Position numbers and translations under genes: made by a program
IMG/VR virus record: IMGVR_UViG_3300009060_000024
Source: an uncultured virus (IMG/VR IMGVR_UViG_3300009060_000024)
Lineage: Duplodnaviria; Heunggongvirae; Uroviricota; Caudoviricetes
DNA: 64,000 nucleotides
Direction: 5' to 3' (one strand)
The notes under the pieces: generated by a model
Told to the model about the DNA's origin: nothing
Database searches by the model: none
What the model saw: only the letters and a program-made list of their open reading frames with translations
Shown: piece after piece, positions 10,157-17,834 of the stretch
Layout of the letters: each line of letters starts with the position of its first letter
Numbering within the stretch: position 1 is the first letter of the stretch

Positions 10157-10199
10157 AGCCATATAGGGAATTGGACCCTATGCTAACACCAGTATGGCT
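10157..10199 (-). ncRNA. mini-tRNA element t7
   Basis: AGCCAU-ACUGGUGUUAGC-AUAGGG UCCAAUU CCCUAU-AUGGCU. Confidence 0.75.
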
Positions 10200-10202
10200 A
10201 AG

Positions 10203-10276
10203 TGCGACAGGTGGGATTTGAACCCACAACCTCAGCCTTATAAGGACTGCACTCTACCTAGTTGAGTTACTGTCGC
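10203..10276 (-). tRNA. tRNA-Ile(TAT)
   Basis: GCGACAG/CTGTCGC-A; CAGTC-CT TAT AA-GGCTG; T-loop TTCAAAT. Confidence 0.9.
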
Positions 10277-11210
10277 CCGAAGATTGTTATTATTCTATTC
10301 TGTCTTATTGCTGGACCCCATTATTTGAGTTGTCTTTGATGCATGGCTTACACGTCCACCAATCTTTACCGCATGACTCGCATGCATCAAATGGAACTCC
10401 GTCAAAATTTGAAACAACTGTGTTACCGCAATGGTGACACTCCCATTTATATTTAACTACATTCGACATAGCTTGCACCTCTTATTACTCCCGTCCAGTT
10501 CTCTTGCTAATGGTACACCACACTTCTCACAGTGTTCTCCCGTTAGCGTGTACTTCTGTGTTATCATTGTTCTGGATTGGTTAGTAAGCTCCTTATGTAT
10601 GACGAAGTTACATCATGACAGTTAACACTCCATGGTTCTTGCATTTGACCTCCATGTTTGTTTTGGTTGTGACTACACCTCCGTCAATCTCAGTTGATCT
10701 GACGGGGAACTCGCTTTTTATTAACTCGTTACCACAGTACGGACAGTATCTGAAGTCGCAAACTCCAGATATTTGTGTGCGTTTATCTGATGACATCTTA
10801 ACGAACCCTCGTAGCCGATTCGATAGCAATTCTCGACAGCGTGATTGATGCTGGAACGCAGAACAGAATCGAAATTGCCATCATCATCATTACAACTGAC
10901 CCGCCGCCAATAACCCTAAGGATGTCAGCGATTATTATTGAAGCTGTTATTACAGGCGCAAGCCCTCCGAAGCTTCCATCTGACATTGGGTTTATCTCCG
11001 TAAGCAGAGGGTATGATGACAGTATCAGTATGTATGCGTTAAACATCAACTGTTCTGCCAGTTGCATTGTCTATCGTGTATAGGTGTTAGTTTTGCCGTG
11101 TTTGGGGCAGATGAACTTTTCTCCCTTTCGGATGCAACGGGCCTCGCAGTTGTTACAGTATCGTGCGCTGTACTCCAGGTCGTTTCCGAACTCCTCTAGG
11201 TCTACCATTG

Positions 11211-11405
11211 TTATAGCTTGAGTTTGGTGATCGAAGCTTCGTCGTCGTCCTCTGCCATCGAAACAATGAGTTCGTACAGGCTCATTGGAAGGTCCGCCTC
11301 TCGGTAGTAGTTACCGCTTTCTGTAACTTCCCCGTGTCCTTCTTTCTCGACACGTTTTTCAGCCTCTTCCTTGTCCGTCTCGAACTCAATTCCTATGGTT
11401 GTCAT
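11211..11405 (-). CDS. hypothetical protein
   Basis: 64-aa acidic ORF directly downstream of ribozyme B. Confidence 0.7.
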   Translation of the reverse strand: MTTIGIEFETDKEEAEKRVEKEGHGEVTESGNYYREADLPMSLYELIVSMAEDDDEASITKLKL

Positions 11406-11416
11406 TCGTGCAGTTG

Positions 11417-11471
11417 ACCTCGTTCAGTGTTAACCGAGGGAAGCTCTGGGAGCTAAGAGGTTACAACCCTC
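11417..11471 (-). ncRNA. HDV-like ribozyme B (variant)
   Basis: P1 GAGGG/CCCUC, P2 ACCUC/GAGGU, P3 AGC/GCU, L3 UCCCAGA, GG, UUAACA, CUGAAC. Confidence 0.7.
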
Positions 11472-11518
11472 GTGTACGTATAATTGTCGCCTGCGCGCAC
11501 AAACGGCGCGCTACCCCT

Positions 11519-11531
11519 TAAATATAACGGC
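11519..11531 (-). promoter_or_regulatory. viral promoter-like motif GCCGTTATATTTA
   Basis: Identical 13-mer also at ~295-307 (-); similar GTCGTTATATTTAAA at ~59545-59559 (-); TATA-like. Confidence 0.55.
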
Positions 11532-11774
11532 ACTGATCGAACAGTTACACGCTGCCTTGTCGTATGTCCTCCTGGGTTAAAACCTCTCCCCCGACTCTCA
11601 CAGCATTGACATCCATGTTTTGTATGGCCGTTTTTTCTGGTCCGTTGTCCATGCTGCTGATCATTTGTTCGTATGCAACTCTTGAATTTGGCCCGTTGCC
11701 AAATCCTATCATGAGGTCCATTCCCTCATCTTCTCCATCGTTTTCGACTGTGTAAAACAGGTACTTAGACATGT

Positions 11775-12062
11775 CTACCCATCCTGATCCTCAGGAATTA
11801 CAGATGCCCACTCGCTGATTTGGAACTCCACCTCTCTCTTTCCACGGGGTGTGAGTGTGTACTCGTTAGACCTTGCATCCTTCTCGGACTTGTCAACGAG
11901 TGACATTTTGACGAGTTCGTCGAGGTTAGGATATAGCCTCCCGTTATTAATCTTGCTCTCGTAGTAATGCTCCAGTTCATCAGCAATCTCCAGTCCGTTA
12001 GGACTGTTTAGCTTTGCGATTGTTCTGATGCAGTCTCGTTGGAATCCGGTTAAGTCGTGCAT
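11775..12062 (-). CDS. PadR-family wHTH regulator (haloarchaeal type)
   Basis: MHDLTGFQRD...GRLYPNLDELV...NEYTLTPRG. Confidence 0.9.
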   Translation of the reverse strand: MHDLTGFQRDCIRTIAKLNSPNGLEIADELEHYYESKINNGRLYPNLDELVKMSLVDKSEKDARSNEYTLTPRGKREVEFQISEWASVIPEDQDG

Positions 12063-12322
12063 TAGAGGTAGTGTTCTTTTGCAGCAGCGTATCCCTTTGC
12101 GAATTGGGGAACGTACTCAAGTGAGCCATCTTCCGTGTAGTTGGCATCTTGAGCTTGCTCTACCACGGTTTCACTGTTCACATCGTACACGCTAAAAACG
12201 TGAAACACGACGTGATCTCGATACTTGAACTCGTGTTCATACACCTCCACATCGGGATTAAAAACGTCCCAGAGTGACGTGTGTACGTTGAGCATTGGTT
12301 GCTCAAATGGTGCGTCGTTCAT
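12062..12322 (-). CDS. hypothetical protein
   Basis: Start MNDAP just downstream of ribozyme C. Confidence 0.7.
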   Translation of the reverse strand: MNDAPFEQPMLNVHTSLWDVFNPDVEVYEHEFKYRDHVVFHVFSVYDVNSETVVEQAQDANYTEDGSLEYVPQFAKGYAAAKEHYL

Positions 12323-12330
12323 TGTGTGCA

Positions 12331-12386
12331 ACTGCATCTTAGTGTTAACCAGAGCCTACCACGAGGAGGTGTGCAGTGCAGGCTCC
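12331..12386 (-). ncRNA. HDV-like ribozyme C
   Basis: P1 GGAGCCU/AGGCUCU, P2 ACUGCA/UGCAGU, P3 ACC/GGU, L3 UCCUCGU, GG, UUAACA, CUAAGA. Confidence 0.9.
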
Positions 12387-12403
12387 GTAAAGAAAGAGTG
12401 TGT

Positions 12404-12661
12404 TTAATCGAACAGGTTGGAACTTTCACACAGTTTAGTGATAGAAACGTTTGACTCCTGCCTTTCATCGCATTTGGTACACCGCCTGAGTATACACTCA
12501 CCGTGATCACGTCTTACAGTACTGTAACTCCATTCGTGCCCGTGTGACGAGCATGGGGGGTGTACTACGACTTCATCTCGTAGACTGTTTTTAAGAGTGA
12601 CATCCTCTCCGCTTTGTAGTTTTTCAAGCTGTTCCTCCGAAATGGTGTATTTGTGTTTCAT
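12404..12661 (-). CDS. hypothetical Zn-binding protein
   Basis: C...GHEW...CTKC. Confidence 0.6.
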   Translation of the reverse strand: MKHKYTISEEQLEKLQSGEDVTLKNSLRDEVVVHPPCSSHGHEWSYSTVRRDHGECILRRCTKCDERQESNVSITKLCESSNLFD

Positions 12662-12677
12662 TGTTTGTTGTGGGTAT

Positions 12678-12947
12678 TCAGCAACTGAACATCGTTCTTC
12701 CCTCTGCGTCGTGGACGAACATAATGTCAGACTCGCATGCCCACTCGAAGTAACCGGGGATGTCACCTCCGATGATGGAGAACACTCTTTCCCCATGATC
12801 GTTGTCGTGATGGTACACTATCTGAGTAACCTCCTCATATGTATACCATTCTGCTTCAGCTCCCCAGTTGTTATCGAGATGTCTGATTCCTACTCGCATG
12901 TACGAATCGTTCCACGGAATGCTGTCAGGCAGTTGGTTTGCTCTCAT
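12678..12947 (-). CDS. hypothetical protein
   Basis: Start MRANQ just downstream of ribozyme D. Confidence 0.65.
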   Translation of the reverse strand: MRANQLPDSIPWNDSYMRVGIRHLDNNWGAEAEWYTYEEVTQIVYHHDNDHGERVFSIIGGDIPGYFEWACESDIMFVHDAEGRTMFSC

Positions 12948-12958
12948 GTGTGCAGTTC

Positions 12959-13010
12959 CCACGTTCAGCGAATCACTCCCAGCTCTTGAAGCTAAGTGGT
13001 ACTAAGGAGC
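12959..13010 (-). ncRNA. HDV-like ribozyme D (variant)
   Basis: P1 GCUCCU/GGGAGU (G1-U), P2 CCAC/GUGG, P3 AGC/GCU, L3 UUCAAGA with compensatory P1.1 UC/GA, UUCG, CUGAAC. Confidence 0.75.
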
Positions 13011-13030
13011 GTGTGATCGTATCGTGTGCG

Positions 13031-13564
13031 TTACATCAGTCCAGAGTCAACCAGTTCTTTAGTAGTGTGATCGTCGCAGACTCTCCTGTGATTTATCTTC
13101 ACCCAGTCTCCAGTTATTATATGGAGGTCTTCTCCACACACTGGGCAGTTTCTGTACATCGATGGCTGGTCATTTCTCCCATGCTGGTTTGCAGCTTTGT
13201 CTATCGCTCGGAGAGCGTTCCTTGGAGATTCGTTAAGTAGAGTGAACAGATCCATGTCAAGCTCTGCCTTGACAAGCCACTTTGTGTAAGCGACATCTTG
13301 ATCTGTCATCCAGTAGCGTTCGAGATTCTCCGTCTGGTACTTTTTCTTCCATCTGGAGTTCTTTTTCTTTTTCTCATAGACGACTGCAACATCGTCTTGA
13401 GCGTCGACCCCGAACACTAACTCTCCATTCTTCTCGTAAACAGATAATCTGGGTATTCGTTCTTCGGTCTTTGGGTAGGCACTCGAACTGCTTGAGGTTT
13501 TGCCACCATTCTTGACCTGCCGTTGAATATCCTCAGATTGATCTGCGAGATCTTTAATGTTCAT
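13031..13564 (-). CDS. hypothetical protein with C-terminal Zn finger
   Basis: CPVC...CDDH. Confidence 0.75.
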   Translation of the reverse strand: MNIKDLADQSEDIQRQVKNGGKTSSSSSAYPKTEERIPRLSVYEKNGELVFGVDAQDDVAVVYEKKKKNSRWKKKYQTENLERYWMTDQDVAYTKWLVKAELDMDLFTLLNESPRNALRAIDKAANQHGRNDQPSMYRNCPVCGEDLHIITGDWVKINHRRVCDDHTTKELVDSGLM

Positions 13565-13576
13565 CGTGCATCGGTT

Positions 13577-13635
13577 TGTGTCCTACGTTTGGTTGATCCA
13601 GCACCAGCTCGGGGAGCTAAGTAGGCACAGGCACC
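13577..13635 (-). ncRNA. HDV-like ribozyme E (variant)
   Basis: P1 GGUGCC/GGUGCU, P2 CCUAC/GUAGG, P3 AGC/GCU, L3 UCCCCGA, GG, CCAAAC. Confidence 0.7.
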
Positions 13636-13781
13636 GTATAATAATGGCACTAAACCCTACTGGTTTTCTGTAGGGATTAGTACCAGTCGGTATCGTATCG
13701 AATACCCACTACTTCTTCAGTCTCGTCATCGAGTTCCCAGACTGCTCTGTCAGTGGGGTGCGATCCGGTTTGGCTCATCGT

Positions 13782-14318
13782 TTACTCGTCGTCCTGTTCC
13801 TCGTCGTCGCTGTAGGCGTCCTCAGCGGCGTCGGACATCGAGCTGTCGTCGTCCTCGTCGTTGCCAGCCTGCTCTGCACGAGCCTGCTTAATGGCGTCGT
13901 TGAGGTCGGACAGCTCGAACTCGGACGCGACGACGTACTGCGCCACGTCCTGCTCGTCGAACCCGAGGAAATCCATGAGCGGAACTGCGCCCTTGGGCTC
14001 CTCGCCGTCCGGTAGCTCGGGAAGGTTGCCGATCACACCTCCGATGTAGTGCGCGAGGTAGATCTGGAAACGGGTGTACCACTCCTCGTGGTTGCCGCTC
14101 GGTGCGAGCTTCTTGAGGCTGGTACGGACAGTACCGTTTTCCTTCGTGACCTCCCACGCGAGGCTGTCGAACCACTCCCAGCCAGAGACATCCTTGTACT
14201 TGTCGTCCCCGTCGGTCGAGTAGACGTTAGCCACGAGGCTCTTGGCCTGTGAGATGTCACTGCCCTGCTGGTCGTTGTTCTGCTCTTCGCCGCCGAGTAG
14301 GTCTTTGACTCCAGACAT
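13782..14318 (-). CDS. very acidic protein with host-like high-GC codons (probably highly expressed, early)
   Basis: Almost exclusively G/C-ending codons, unlike neighbours; first gene after the structured leader. Confidence 0.85.
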   Translation of the reverse strand: MSGVKDLLGGEEQNNDQQGSDISQAKSLVANVYSTDGDDKYKDVSGWEWFDSLAWEVTKENGTVRTSLKKLAPSGNHEEWYTRFQIYLAHYIGGVIGNLPELPDGEEPKGAVPLMDFLGFDEQDVAQYVVASEFELSDLNDAIKQARAEQAGNDEDDDSSMSDAAEDAYSDDEEQDDE

Positions 14319-14324
14319 TGTGCT

Positions 14325-14855
14325 GTCTTGCCGGTTACTTATGGCAGGGGCTCTGACCATTATCCCCTAACGCCTGTTTCCGACTCAAGGCGCTGCTACA
14401 GATGGGTATAAATTCGTCTGTACCGTAACCGGATGCACATTCTTCCCAGCGCAAGCTAATTCGCAGATTTCTTTTCGCTGTATTGGCTCCTTGGATTAAG
14501 CTTCCCTAATTGCACAGCCGCTCCGCTGGAAAAATTCTCGGCGTCATAGCAACTGCTGGGGCATCCCTTTTCATAGGGCGCGCTCCTTCAAGCGTTTAGC
14601 TAATACTGCTCCCACGCAACGCTGGTCGCAGATTCACTTGAACCCTCTGGTTCGCAAGCGCTGGGGCTTACCCGATCCCATCTCTTGGTTATAGCTACCG
14701 CTATGCCGAGATCCCCCTGTCGGACTACAGGGCATTCTACTCGGCGGATGGTCATGTGTCCGCTGTCCAGACCAGTAGGTCGCGGCAGTGTCGCCACTGC
14801 TACTGGTGTATGGCTTACTTCTGTCCGCGCGCGACTGGTTTTCGCTCGCGCGCAG
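14325..14855 (-). ncRNA. large GC-rich structured RNA or leader of unknown class
   Basis: No credible ORF; more than 12 hand-identified helices, including long-range CCGGUUAC/GUAACCGG and GGAUGC-CCCAGC/GCUGGG...GCAUCC. Confidence 0.7.
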
Positions 14856-14875
14856 TTAACAGAACGAGCGCTCGA

Positions 14876-14889
14876 AACTTAAAGCTTTC
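14876..14889 (-). promoter_or_regulatory. haloarchaeal-type promoter (BRE/TATA) GAAAGCTTTAAGTT
   Basis: Purine-rich BRE plus TTTAAG, ~25 nt upstream of the first hairpin of the structured RNA. Confidence 0.65.
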
Positions 14890-15292
14890 TATTTTTCAAA
14901 GCGAAAATTCGAGGTAGAACAATACGTATTGCTTTCTTCCGCCCCCGTAAGGGCGTGTACGTCGAAAATTCAGGCGTTACAACATCGCTGTTCGATGCGC
15001 TACTGAAAACTGCAAGTAGAAGCCTTGTACCCCCTATACACCCCCACTATGGGAAATTGCGCTTGTGGATCATATGTCTGTAGCACCATTAGGATAGACG
15101 TGCAGACGGTATTTTACTCTCTCCCACTCTATTGCATACGGTAGGCAGATGTAATCTCATAAAAAATTCAAACGTCTCTATGGAGAGTGTCAAATAGCGG
15201 TTTTGGGTGCCAATATACGGGCAAAACCGCAACACGGTAGCGTAATGCCGGAAGTGTAAACGTTCTTACCTAGGGTATATAGAGCATTAGAT

Positions 15293-16147
15293 TCAATTAT
15301 CTACCACTTCCCATTCTGATGGATTTTCATCGTTTGCATACTCTAACTTTCCCTCATCTCCCCATCTATCTGTATTGTTGTATGTTGACTCACTAACGTT
15401 CATCCCGTTCTTGCCTATGTGTGACCCTCTAGATATTACAGTTTCGACTCTCTTTATACCGTTTGTCCTTATACATGATCCCATCACACCATCGTATGCA
15501 ACTGCTATTTGTCCGTCTATATCATTGAACAGGTTTAGCACCTTTCTTCTTGGACGAGATCCAACCCACCAATCGTTAGCATATGCAATATTTCTAAACC
15601 TGTCCCAATCATGCTCTAATTTCTTGAATGTGTCTTTCATCATTGCAGATGTACAGAATGAAGCTGTATCGCATATTTCAACCTTGTTTATTTGATCGTC
15701 AATATTATTTTCTTTTATTGATCCCTCAACATACCCAGAACACACGTTGTCGGGGAACTGATCAAGTAACGAGAGCATAACACGTATAATGTATTTACTT
15801 AGCACTATATCGGCCTCTGTCCTTATGACAACATCATAACCCTCATTAAACAATTGCCATTGTTTATCGAATTGAATTGCGGAACACATATTCTCATCGT
15901 TCACTCTTACATCCTTGTTTGGCAGGTTTGCATCTAACAGTATTTGTTTACATTTTTCTATTATTTCATCATCTGCTCTTCTTTTGCCACTGAACTTGTT
16001 TACCGCACCATCTTGTAACAGAACCCAATCTACCTTTTCCTTGTCTACACATTTTTCAAGAGATGATATTGTACTCTCAAGGTAGTCAGGCCTGTTGAAT
16101 GAAATGAGACTAACTGCTATGTCGAGATCGTATAGGTCCGAATACAT
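15293..16147 (-). CDS. glycosyltransferase (GT-A/GT2-like)
   Basis: ISFNRPDYLESTISSL, LLQDG, TEADIV; start uncertain. Confidence 0.8.
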   Translation of the reverse strand: MYSDLYDLDIAVSLISFNRPDYLESTISSLEKCVDKEKVDWVLLQDGAVNKFSGKRRADDEIIEKCKQILLDANLPNKDVRVNDENMCSAIQFDKQWQLFNEGYDVVIRTEADIVLSKYIIRVMLSLLDQFPDNVCSGYVEGSIKENNIDDQINKVEICDTASFCTSAMMKDTFKKLEHDWDRFRNIAYANDWWVGSRPRRKVLNLFNDIDGQIAVAYDGVMGSCIRTNGIKRVETVISRGSHIGKNGMNVSESTYNNTDRWGDEGKLEYANDENPSEWEVVDN

Positions 16148-16184
16148 GGATACATTTATTACTTTGTGTGGCATAAACTTTTCT

Positions 16185-16613
16185 ATGCAGTTGAACATCG
16201 GAAGCGGTCCTGATTATAGAGATGGGTTCATCAATACTGAAAGATTTGTTCATTCGACCCATCACAAAGGAGAGACTGTAACTCCTGATGTAATATCCGA
16301 CGCACACAAACTCCCGTTTAAAGACGCTTCGTTCGATCATGTTAGAATAGCTCATGTGCTTGAACATCTTTATAGACCAATGGACGCTCTAGATGAGATA
16401 TATAGGGTGTGTAAACCAGAGGCTACAGTTCATATAGAGGTCCCAAACGCATCTGTTGTAAACCATGAGCGAGGAGATCACATGTACAGCTGGACAAAGT
16501 GGACTCTCCACAATATATTAAGACACTGCGGGTTTAGTATTGATTCGTTCAAGCAAGAGGGCAATTCAAATGGCCCATCTCAGATAGCAGTTTGTAGCAT
16601 CAATGAAAGGTGA
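16185..16613 (+). CDS. class I SAM-dependent methyltransferase
   Basis: LNIGSG, DAHKLPFKDASFD, HVLEHL, EIYRVCKP. Confidence 0.85.
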   Translation: MQLNIGSGPDYRDGFINTERFVHSTHHKGETVTPDVISDAHKLPFKDASFDHVRIAHVLEHLYRPMDALDEIYRVCKPEATVHIEVPNASVVNHERGDHMYSWTKWTLHNILRHCGFSIDSFKQEGNSNGPSQIAVCSINER

Positions 16614-16889
16614 TTATATGCCCCCATGAGATGCTCCTTGTTTATCTGAGTAGAACGCTGTGGAAATGTTGTTATTTCTAGTGTCTACAACAACAAGGAG
16701 ATCTGGCCCGGGGAACGTTAGTCTAAATCTTATATCAGATGGTTTTGAACCCTGTTCGACAGTCCCTTCCTCCAATGCTTTGCTTACTTCATACCATCCT
16801 ATATGCCTATCTTTCATTTGCTCTTTGAGATGTCTTGTAACTACAAATTGGCTAACGTTTCTTGGAGGTGGCCCGTATGGATTGTTCAT
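16614..16889 (-). CDS. DUF4258-like (RelE-fold) protein
   Basis: TRHLKEQMKDRHI...LLVVVD...ISTAF. Confidence 0.65.
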   Translation of the reverse strand: MNNPYGPPPRNVSQFVVTRHLKEQMKDRHIGWYEVSKALEEGTVEQGSKPSDIRFRLTFPGPDLLVVVDTRNNNISTAFYSDKQGASHGGI

Positions 16890-17164
16890 AGAAGCTCCTC
16901 TATTCTACTAACAACTCCTGATAATCCTATTCTGTGTTTAATATCTTTTGATGGGGTGATGGTTATTTCAACCCTGTATTCAGATATTGTGCCACCTCCC
17001 ATTTTATGGGCAGATACGTTTTCTACTCCAGATGCTTGAGCGGGCATCCTAGCAAGGAGAGATGTAAGACATTTTGATTTTGCAACACGTTCGCTTACTC
17101 CAATGCAGGAGTATTCAAACACTGTACTCTCACCCTCGTTATATGCTTTTATGAACTGAACCAT
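16886..17164 (-). CDS. small basic paralog-family protein
   Basis: beta-alpha-beta-beta pattern shared with the 42-45 kb array. Confidence 0.6.
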   Translation of the reverse strand: MVQFIKAYNEGESTVFEYSCIGVSERVAKSKCLTSLLARMPAQASGVENVSAHKMGGGTISEYRVEITITPSKDIKHRIGLSGVVSRIEELL

Positions 17165-17333
17165 CTGACACGATGTTCGATTTGCAAATATATAAGTGTG
17201 TGTGGTGGTATATAATGCAGTAGCAACACAAGAAAAATGTTCGAGATTCATGATACGTGCAGAAAGTGTGGCAACCCAAAGAAAATACACGGTGTGTGTC
17301 CGTACTGTTACCTACAACAGGAGATGAAGAAAC

Positions 17334-17834
17334 ATGGCATCAACAGATGAAATAAGACAGCACATAAGGGACTTCTCGTTAAACATTGATGAGAATGTTC
17401 CAGAGCATGAACCGAGAGATGAGTTTAATGACGACTTCTACCAACAGGAGCGTAAGGCTGTCATAGAAGCCGCGTCGGGATGTTTTGTCTGTGGCAGAAC
17501 GGAGGACGATCTTAAGAGTGATGATGGATATGGAGAGTATCTAGAAACTCATCACTGGGCTGTTGAATGGTCTCTTTGGAATGCAACAGATGCAGATAAA
17601 CTACAGGAAAGATTCGATAGCTGCGAAACTGATTACTATGGATTCTGTAAGGAGAAAAAAGGTGAGTCAGTAGACCACCCTGGAGACAGACGTAACTTGC
17701 TTGTTCTTTGTCCTAGGCATCACAGGTACTCTCCAGATCCTGGTAAAGGCGGCGGTATACATAACATGCCTGATCCACTCTGGGAGTTTCAAATGTCTAA
17801 AAAAGATGGCTATAACGAATTTGGCGAAGACTAA
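17334..17834 (+). CDS. HNH-like endonuclease
   Basis: CFVCG...LETHH...RNLLVLCPRHH. Confidence 0.7.
   Translation: MASTDEIRQHIRDFSLNIDENVPEHEPRDEFNDDFYQQERKAVIEAASGCFVCGRTEDDLKSDDGYGEYLETHHWAVEWSLWNATDADKLQERFDSCETDYYGFCKEKKGESVDHPGDRRNLLVLCPRHHRYSPDPGKGGGIHNMPDPLWEFQMSKKDGYNEFGED

Noticed and set aside
13690..13760. Hairpin-ribozyme-like UGACAG...AGAAGU segment
   Set aside because: It lacks the N^GUC cleavage site and a loop B.
14325..14870. RNase P RNA, SRP RNA or group I/II intron identity for the large RNA
   Set aside because: No GAGGAAAGUCC / ACAGAA..GGCUUA pair, no SRP helix-8 motif, and no ordered P7 or domain V motifs.
14600..14882. ORFs 14600..14797 (-) and 14685..14882 (+)
   Set aside because: Non-acidic, atypical composition, and they overlap dense RNA structure; likely spurious.
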